This document shows positions 55,320 through 64,000 of a stretch of 64,000 bases of DNA, in pieces (positions within the stretch are counted from its first letter, which is position 1; every line of letters begins with the position of its first letter). Under the pieces are notes generated by a model. It saw only the letters and a program-made list of their open reading frames with translations, was not told the DNA's origin and did no database searches. The DNA is from Moniliella sp. 'wahieum'. Lineage: Eukaryota. The position numbers and the translations under genes are program-made. Where the stretch lies: the NCBI GenBank assembly GCA_003971905.1, contig RSEE01000101.1:62001-126000 (forward strand), in the 5' to 3' direction.

Positions 55320-57627
55320 ATGTCCTCGTCCGCTGCGCCCGCCTGGGACCCCGTCGCCCACCCCTTCCCCCGCCCGCCGCGACGACACGCTCGGCCGCAC
55401 CTACCGCTCCCAGCAGCTCGCCGACCAGACCGGCGGCGACGGCTCCACCTGGGTCCCCGACCCCTACGCCTGGCTCGAGACGCCCTCCACCACCAGCCCC
55501 GAACCAAGGCCTTTGTCGATGCCCAGGCCGCCTTGCCAGGCCTACATGACGCTACCCCGACCGCGACACGTTCAAGAAAACACGTCGAGGCCTCCTTCTC
55601 CTACCCGCGCATCGGGTCCCGTCCGCAAGAACAACGGCAAGTTCTACCTCCACTACAACAGCGGCCTCGACCCGCAGAGCACCATCTACGAGGCTGCTCC
55701 GGCCGAGATCGATGCTGTGCCGGCCGGCGACCCAGACCACCCCGCCCGGGGGCCCTGGTTTGACGGCTCCCTGTTGAGCGCCAAGGGCACCGTGCTCTGT
55801 CCTCCACCTCCTTTCCCACTCGGGCAAGTACGTGGCCTACATGATCTCCAACAGCGGCAGTGACTGGCAAACCATCTACTTCCGCCGCACTGACCAGCCC
55901 TTCACCACCCCCGCCGGCCAGCCAGCCAAGTACGACCCGACCGGCGGCCGGACCGCCTGGACGACGTGTTGGAGGACATCAAGTTTTCCTCGGCCCGTTG
56001 GACGCACGACGACAGGGTGTCTTTTACCAGACCTACCCCAAGCCCGCCCAAGCCGAACTCGACAAGGGCACCGAGACGGATTCGAATGTGAATGCGCAGT
56101 TGTGGTACCACCGCCTCGGCACCCCGCAGTCGGAGGACATTTTGATCGTCGCCAAGGACCCTGCCACGGAGGCCATGTGGAGCGCGTCCATCACCGACGA
56201 TGGCAAGTACGTCGTGCTCAGCAGCTCCAAGGATACCGGGTCGTACAACAAGGTGTGGCTTGCGTCGCTGGAAGGCGTCGACCTGGCCACCGAGCCGCTC
56301 AAGTGGGTGCCAGTGGCCGGCGAGTACGACTACCTGCTGGGCTAGTGGCGAACGAAGGCACGCGCTTTTATGGATGACCAACAAGGATGCCAAAAAGTAC
56401 AAGGTGGTCTACACGGATGTCGACTTTAGCCAAGCTTCCAGCCCGGCGCACGTGACGGAGCTGACGGCGAGTTTGCCGTTGGTCGAGGTGGTGCCGGAAG
56501 AAAAGGATGCAACGCTGCAGGACGCCGTGGTGTGGGGGGACAAGTGGTGCTGCAGTACACGCGCGACGTCAAGTCAGAGATTGTACCAGTACGAGCTGAG
56601 TGGCAAGCGGGTGGCACAGCTGTGCCCGACTTGTCGGTTCCATCGAGCTTGGTGGGCAAGGGGAGGACGATGTGGCATACGTGTCCACGTCCTCCTTCAT
56701 ATCGCCGTCGACAATTTACCGTTCTGACGTGGCCAAGGGCGCGTCAGCGAGCACCAAGCCGATCGAGGAGCAGTGGCTGGCCACCAAGGTGCCTGCGCTG
56801 GATGCAAGTGAGTTTGTGAGTGAGCAAGTGTTTTTCCCAGCAAAGACGGCACCCGCGTCTCGCTCTTTATAACGCGGCACAAGGACACGCCGACGACGGC
56901 ACGGCGCCGGCGTTCTCTACCTCTACGGCGGCTTCAAAATTCCCTCGGCCCGTCCTTCTCGCCGTGGCTGCTGTCGGGTGTACAAATACGGAGGGCGTGT
57001 ACGCGTGGTGAATGCGCGGGGGCGGGGGTACGGGGGAGGAGTGGCACGAAGCCGGCAGGTATTCTCAACAAGACCAACACGTTTGACGATGTGCTGGGCG
57101 CGGCGCAGTACCTGCACGAGCACAAGCACGCGGCCAAGGGCAAGATTATCCTGTACGGCGGGTCGAATGGAGGGCTCGGCGTGGGCGCATGCATGAACCG
57201 TGCTGAGCCGGAGCACGGAGTGGGTGCGGGCGTGGGCGCAGGCGTGATGGACATGCTCAAGTTCCACTCTGGACGATCGGGCACGGCTGGACGTCGACTA
57301 TGGCGATCCGGACGATATCAAGTACTTTGACTACTTGCGCAGCTACTCTCCGCTGCACAATGTGCAGTCGCGTGCGTACCCGACGTTCCTGCTCGAGTGT
57401 GCGGACCACGACGACGACGGGTGGTACCGGCGCACTCGTTCAAGCTCGCTGCTGAGCTGCAGCACCGCCTGCCGCACAACCCCAACCCGATCCTGCTCCG
57501 CGTCGAGACGGACGCAGGACACGGCGCGGGACAGTCGATCCAGAAACGCATCGACGCCGCCGCGGACCGCGTGGCGATCGTCGCGTTGGCCCTGGGCCTG
57601 CCGATCCGCCGTCCGCCCAAGCTGTGA
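55320..57627 (+). CDS. Prolyl oligopeptidase (peptidase S9A)
   Basis: N-terminal VPDPYAWLE, propeller motifs (SGSDWQTIY, LWYHRLGTPQSED) and YGGF. The catalytic triad motifs are present: Ser in YGGSNGGL, Asp in ADHDD(R)VVPAHSFK and His in AGHGAG. Many frameshifts. Confidence 0.92.
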
Positions 57628-57951
57628 GTGAGAGTGGGAGTGGGAGTGGGAGCGATTACTTTGGCCCCGCGATAATCGATAATCCGAACCAGTCCGGCTG
57701 AGGCTGAGGCTCAGGCAAAGGCGAAGCCACAGTCAGTATTTAGACCTTAGTAGCCCGTTGAACATTGCAGTGCACACACACGCCAGCGCAGAGCCTTGGT
57801 CACGTGAACAGTTCAACCTTCTCCCCCCTGGACGTCAGCCCAGCGCCCCACGCCGCCCGCATGCAGACTCCACCCCACCACCACCTCACCCCCACCTCCA
57901 TCACCTCCACCTCCACCTCCACCACCTCCCTTGGCCGGCGCGCTGGCCAGC

Positions 57952-60900
57952 ATGTCCATCGCCTGCCCATCCGCCTGCCCATCCTTCCCCCCCCCATCGT
58001 CAGAGCCATCGCCAGAGCCACCTTCCGCCCTCCCCCCGCATGCCCTCCACCCACCGCCGCCGAACAGGAGGAGGAACAGGACCAGGACCAGCCGGCCGAT
58101 GCGCCCCTCAACCTATCTGCCTCCACCCGGATGCCGACCGCTCCACCCGCCACCTCGAACATCCCCCCGCCGTTGCCCAGGCTGACCACCCCCCTCCGCT
58201 GCCCGAGACAACCAGGCCCAGCCCACCGCCGCACAGGACGACCAGGCCCAGTCCACCGCCGCACAGGCTGACCAGGTCCAGTCCACCGCCGCCCTCGCCA
58301 CATCTTCGGCTCCCTCGGCGTCGACGATGCCCACCGCCGCCTCCTCGCCCCCTTACCCCGCCCCCACTCCCCCCACTCCCATCACACCACCGTGTCTATC
58401 ACCCCTACCTCGCCCGAGGTGCACACTGGCCCCCTGCCGCGCCCCCAGCCCCAGCCACCCTCGCCCCCCCCCACACCTGCCGCCCCTACTGCCGCCGACC
58501 TGATTCGCCCCCCCCCCTCCTGAGGGCTAGCTGTCGGTGTAGATGGGCCTCCCTCTACGGCCGCCGAGGTGGAGCGGGAACGGACACGGGAAGAAGCGAC
58601 CGAAGCGGGTGCTCAAGGCTATGTCCTGGGCAAAACCTTAGGCCAGGAAGCATGGGAAAGGTGAAACTTGCCACCGTGGCCGCGTCCAACGAAAGGGTCG
58701 CAATCAGATGGTGCCGCGGCACACGACCGTCGGCGCGCTGTATGAGCAGGCTCGTCGTCGCACACCCGTCAGTGGGCCTCCCCTGGCGCCGTTTCGGCCG
58801 ACGACGCGCTCCTCCGCAGATTGGACCCGAGGGCGAGATCCTCGAGGATGGCGAGTGGCCTGCGCACCTCACTCGGCCCTGGTCAAAGCGCGCGAGAAGG
58901 ATGCGGCGAAAGAGTGCGTGCGATGAGGGAAGGTAGTCTGCAACTGCTGCTCTACCATCCGTACGTGTGTGGGTGTGCGCGAGCTCATTGTCCATCACTT
59001 TTACTATCTCGTTGAGGAGTTTGTCTCGGGCGGTCAGTTGCTGGACTACATCATTGCCCATGGTCGACTGCGGGAAAAGATGGCTCGCAAATTTGCGCGC
59101 CAACTCACCTCGGCCCTGCGCTATCTGCACGAACAATGTGGTCCATCGTGATCTCAAGATTGAAAACATTCTCCTTTCGGACCAGGGTCACCTGAAACTC
59201 GTCGATTTTGGTGGCCAACTTTGTGGTCCCCCACCGCGCCCTTCGCACCTTTGTGGCTCGCTCTACTTTGCTGCGCCGGAGCTGCTGCGTGCGCGGCCGT
59301 ACGTGGGGCCAGAGGTAACGTGTGGTCGCTGGGGTGTGGTACTGTTTGTCTTGGTTGCCGGCCGGGTACCATTTGATGATCCATCTATTGCTGTGTTGCA
59401 CAAACTGATTCAGCAAGGTCAAGTGCAGTACCCTTCGCACCTATCGAGCGAGTGTCGGCACGTACTGAGTCGAATGTTGACTGGGACCCCACGCAAGCGT
59501 GCGACTCTGTCCGAAGTGAGTGCCATCCTTTCCTCACAGCCAACGGGCACGATGCGGAGCTGGACACGCACATTCCGCGCGTATGCCACTCCGGCCCGAG
59601 AAGCTGGACAAGAACGTGATTCGGCACATGCAAGGGTTCGCATTTGGTGACGCTGAGGAGATTGAGCGGAAACTAATTGAGATCCTCACCTCCGACACGT
59701 ACCTTGCCACCTTGGCCGGATGGGACAACCAACGTGGCAAGAGTATGGGGCCCGATAGTCTGACCATTGCGCCGCGTGACCCACCGCGTCCTCCAGCTCC
59801 TCGACCAGTGGGGAACCCCCAAGTAGGCCGGACCGAGCAGGGCCATCCCATCCCGCCGGACGATGGGGAACTACACCTCCTCCCGACCTGGCACGCTCGA
59901 CCCTACCGCCGGCTTCCATCCCATGATCAGTATCTACACCCCGTCGACGAGAAAAAGCTGGAACGAGAGGAACAGCAAGAGCCTCCCCCCGTTGTTGCGG
60001 ATGCTTCGCTGTGGATCCCGGGGGGGAGCGGATCCACTTTGTCCCTGGCGGCGGGCAAGGCGGAACCGGGTAGTTCGAGGCGGCGGCGGATATTCCCTCG
60101 ATACCTCGACGAGCGGGGTGGGAAATCGGCCATGTCGGATTCCACTTCCCATACCCATGCTCATTCCCATTCAGTCCAACCCCAGTTCCAACTCCAAGTC
60201 CAAGCCCTCTGCGCCTGCGCGGGCACCGGGATGGGGCCTTCCCGTGCCCCAGCGCACACCGAGACCATGCGTTGGTCCAGTGGGCTGGAGATGCGGGCAT
60301 GGCCTCAGGCTAGGCGATGTGGGGATCACCATTCCTGCTACCCGTTGCGCGGGCTGAGCTAGGTGCGAAACGAGAGGAAGGTTGGGGTCCTCGATCAGTC
60401 CGGCCGGGAGCACAGATACGTGACTACGACGCTACTTGGTCGGCTAGTACGTCGTCTTCTAGTCGTTAGGACTGGGAAGGCGAGAGCGGGATCGAGAGCG
60501 CGGGAGTGAGGAGGAGAGCGCTACGACCGATGCGTCCATTCGGCCCTACTCGCCAGCCTCGGTGCGGGTCCGGTATTTGACCAGGACTACCGTGACCGTT
60601 CGTCCGGTTGGGGAGATGGTGTGGCCACCGCGTCCTGAGCGGGGGGCACAGCGTTGGAACATACGCTTCTCTCTAGTTCTGGTACGGGATGATGGGGCTT
60701 CTGTACCGTTACCCTTATCGCCTGGGGGCAGCGCACTAGCGCGCCCGATGGTAACCCTCGAACGTCGTGTCCAATGCGTCGCGTAGCTCGTTGGTCACCC
60801 ACGCCCATCCCACTACATTTTCCCCCTTGCTCGCCGAATTTGAACCGGAGCCGGTCCTCTGCCTCTGCCTCGGCTTCGGGCGGGCGGCACGCGCGCGGTC

Positions 60901-62235
60901 TGAAACTGGGTCGTGGTGGGCGGGACAGGGACAGCCTTATCACTGTCCCTTCCCTAGGAGCGTTCGGGACATCAGGAACCACATCGATATCGGCCGCGTC
61001 AGGGACAGCAAAGTCAGCTGGGGGGGGGAAGACAGTACGTCAGCACCATCGTTGCAAGTGGATCATGATCCTATGTTGTTGGGTATACGCCGCCGCGTCG
61101 AGCTGCCTCGATGCACAACGATCCGTCTCCACTGCTGCGCCGCCACGGGGATCGTCGCATGTGTACGTCAGCGGCTGAGGCGCCACGATTGTCATGCGTT
61201 CCACCGACGACCCGGACGACCTAGAGGTCACTACGTTTCAGGTGCTGCTCGTGCGCCGGGTCCGTCGTCGTCGTTCCAAGCCCGCGCTGCGAAGCGACTG
61301 CGTCTGCGACTGCGACTGCGGCTGCGACTGCACCCAGCGAGGGATAAGGTATCGCGTTGAAAAAGTTAGGTGCGTTCGTGTCTCGTCCATCTTGCCGTTT
61401 GGGGATACGCCCGAGGAGCGGAAGAGCGGGAAGAAACCAAAGAAACCAAGAGGCCAAGAGGCCAAAGAGGCCAAGGACGACCAGGAGCTCAGCAAAGAGG
61501 GGCAAGAGGGCAAGCAAGCGGAGGGACCCAGCGCCCTATGGGACGGAAGCCAACCAGTCTTTCTTCGAGGCTTGCTGAGTGTGTCGGCGACATCGACCAA
61601 GTCGCCAGCGCAGATCCAGGCGCTTCTCGCAGCTACTTTGACCCGTATGTCGGTCCAGTACTCCCTTGTTCCAGGCGGGTTTGTGTGTCGGTACCAACCG
61701 TCAATTGCGCCGCTGCCTTCGGCTCCGGCTCTGGCCCATCCCAACCCCCACCCTGATGCCAGCCCCAACGCCACCGCCAATGCCGATCCCGATGCGACTG
61801 CGAACGCCGAGGTGGAAGAAGGAGCGTTTGTGGGTGCTGCGTCGCGGGCATCATTGGATGTCGAGCGGGGTGTGGGGACAAGCAAGAAGAACAAGAACAA
61901 GAGCAAGAACAGTGTGCCTAGCACGCCGTTGTCTCCTCCAGCGTCTGCCATCACGCCTGCTGCGCTGGAGGAGCTGGCGGTGCAATTTGAGTTGGGCGTG
62001 GTCAAGGTCCCGTTTGTTGGTGTGTCCGGGGTACAGGTACGACGGATCGCAGGCGATGCGTGGCAGTACCAAGTCCTGGCCAAGCAGATCCTGGATGAAG
62101 CTCAGGTACGTTTTTTTCTTTCCTTGTTTTTGGTCTGGTATCTCCCTCTCGTTACTCGTTTCTCGTTACTCGTTTCTCGTTTCTCGTTTCTCGTTTCTCG
62201 TTTCTGGAAATACTGACGTGCTAGGGCAGATTTGA
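57952..62235 (+). CDS. Kin1/Par-1/MARK-family Ser/Thr kinase with C-terminal KA1 domain
   Basis: Kinase motifs: [84 protein letters not shown]1 domain: [44 protein letters not shown]. After a last intron (62106-62229) it ends I*. Confidence 0.92.
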
Positions 62236-63832
62236 GGTGGCAACTGTTCCCCCGTTCCCGATCGTTCCATCGTCCCCCTCCCAACCACCCCACCTCTTCC
62301 CCTTTGCAGCACACCGTTGTAGGTCTGGCTGTGCACTGTGACCCCACTATGACCCTTTTGCGTCCCCGCACGGGGTGTTCCCGTTCACTGTGGTCCTACT
62401 CCTCCCTCTGTCCTGTGCTGTGTGCCTTGTGCTGTGTTGTGCTGTGCTGTGCTTGCTGTACAGTGATGTCCTGTGTGCCGCGCCGAGCTGTGCTTTTTGC
62501 ATCCACCTATCTCTCTCTATCTCTCCCCCCCCTCTCTCACCATCTCTCTCTCCACCATCTCTCTCCCTCTCCCTCTCTCTCGCTCTCTCTCTCGCTCCAT
62601 GCGTGTTTTGCCCTTTGCACTCTGCTTGCGTTCTACTTTGCTTGCCCTCGCTCTACTCTACTGGAATTTCACTTCCACTGGGGCAACATCCCCTCCTCGA
62701 CCTCCCGCGCTACCGTCCATGCGTCCCTCAGCCCTCAACGTCCTCAACCCTCAGCGCCCGAGGCCCAGCCCAGGCCTGCAGGGGGGCCCAGTCATCACCT
62801 CATCATATCTCATAGCCAGTCATGCGCATATGTCTTGTATCGTAGCTCAACCATACGCAGTTGGAGTAAGTGCTCAACGTAAGCTCAGCCTCGTCAACGT
62901 TGCGTCCAACGTTCGACTAAGCCTCAGCGGGGCTGGGATCAGATCTCAGATCAATAATTAATGATCTTGATCAACGACCAACATCGCCCAGATCGATCAG
63001 ATGTGCATATGCATTTGCAAATGCATATGCATATCGTCTTAGACCCGACCAAACTACCTTTTGGCGCCGCTGCCGTCCACAAAACCCACCACCGCCACAT
63101 CTTGAACCACTGCCACTGAGTCCGCCGCCGCTCAGGCTGATCCCTACGCCGGTGACGGGCAGGAAGAGAACAAAGCTTCCCCCAGTCTCCTTTGCGCTCA
63201 CCGTACCGGGCCGGCGCGGAGGGTGCGGTCTGCCCTTATTATCGTTCCATGGCACCTCGAGGGAAGAAGCAGCCGGAGGCCCTGCGTACTCTCAAGTCGT
63301 GCAAAGTAGCCTCAAAGAGAAGTACTGCTGAGTGTCTGAGCGCGCGCTGAGCCCCCGAAGATATGTATGGGCGCTACAAGGGTACTTGCGCCGTCAAGCG
63401 AGACAAGCTTCAAGCTACATTGAAGCTACCGTCGATCTAACCATAGTTGGCCGTGTTACGAAATGGACCAACCACAGCACGTCATCGGCGACTTTCTTTT
63501 TTTTTCACTTCTGCTTGGTTTGTGCACAGCAGGGTACAGCCGCCCGCGCCGTTGGCCCGCACACCTCGTTGCCCCGCCTCCGCTTACCGCTTACCGTTTT
63601 TAGTGTTTACCGCTTACCCCCCAGACTCTCCTTCCCCCACCACTCGCAGCCGATGCGCGCCACGGCCCCGACCCCCGTCACCACCTGCGTGCCTGTACGC
63701 TGTACGTTGCTCCCTCCCGTCCGCTGGTCTCGCCGCTGTGGTTGTGGTCAGGCAGTGGGCTTGCAGTGGTCTTGCTCTTGTTGTTGCTGCGTATCGAGTA
63801 TCAGTGGCTAATCATTCATCGTGCCTCATGGA

Positions 63833-63952
63833 TGTCACATGCCATGCCTCATGGCTCTGCCTGCGCATTCCTTTCGCTTCTCGCTTCTCCTGTCACATGC
63901 CATGCCTCATGGCTCTGCCTGCGCATTCCTTTCGCTTCTCGCTTCTCCTGTC
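63833..63952 (+). repeat. Exact 58-bp tandem duplication
   Basis: The unit tgtcacatgccatgcctcatggctctgcctgcgcattcctttcgcttctcgcttctcc starts at 63833 and again at 63891. Confidence 0.95.
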
Positions 63953-64000
63953 GTTGGCCCAGGCTCGGCCTGTGGGCACACGACGTGGAAAGGCTGTGGG

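Noticed and set aside
60300..60800. CTAG-rich stretch suspected of being a mirrored or foreign insert within the Kin1 gene
   Set aside because: The forward strand reads as a plausible low-complexity kinase linker (LLGRLVRRL...[46 protein letters not shown]) once frameshifts are allowed.
62232..62961. Cys/Leu-rich ORFs downstream of Kin1
   Set aside because: They derive from (TGTGC)n and (CT)n simple repeats in the 3' flank and show no domain signal.

Overview
This is eukaryotic, intron-containing, GC-rich DNA from a fungus, most likely a basidiomycete. An Ustilaginomycotina-like origin is inferred only from DBP2 motif variants. Nearly every gene carries scattered 1-nt frameshifts, which points to uncorrected long-read indel errors rather than mass pseudogenisation, so CDS coordinates are spans that include introns and frameshifts. 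Gene order: PDR-type ABCG transporter (5'-partial, +), Sel1-repeat chitin-synthase activator (CHS4/SKT5-like, +), Snf1/AMPK-alpha-like kinase (+), ELP4 (-), RAD2/XPG (-), DBP2 (+), ELF1 (-), a ~12 kb island with no recognisable host gene, MDM12 (-), TFC4 (+), UNC93-like MFS transporter (-), U2A'/LEA1 (-), PACT-domain spindle-pole-body protein (+), ABCC transporter (-), prolyl oligopeptidase (+) and Kin1/MARK kinase (+). The island (about 21.0-33.1 kb) is the most interesting part. It holds a CRE-clade-like non-LTR retrotransposon with a restriction-like endonuclease, a diverged 5' fragment of the same family, strong hairpins and a lower-GC decayed core, making it a candidate regional centromere or heterochromatin block. 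I recognised no rRNA, tRNA or CRISPR array.
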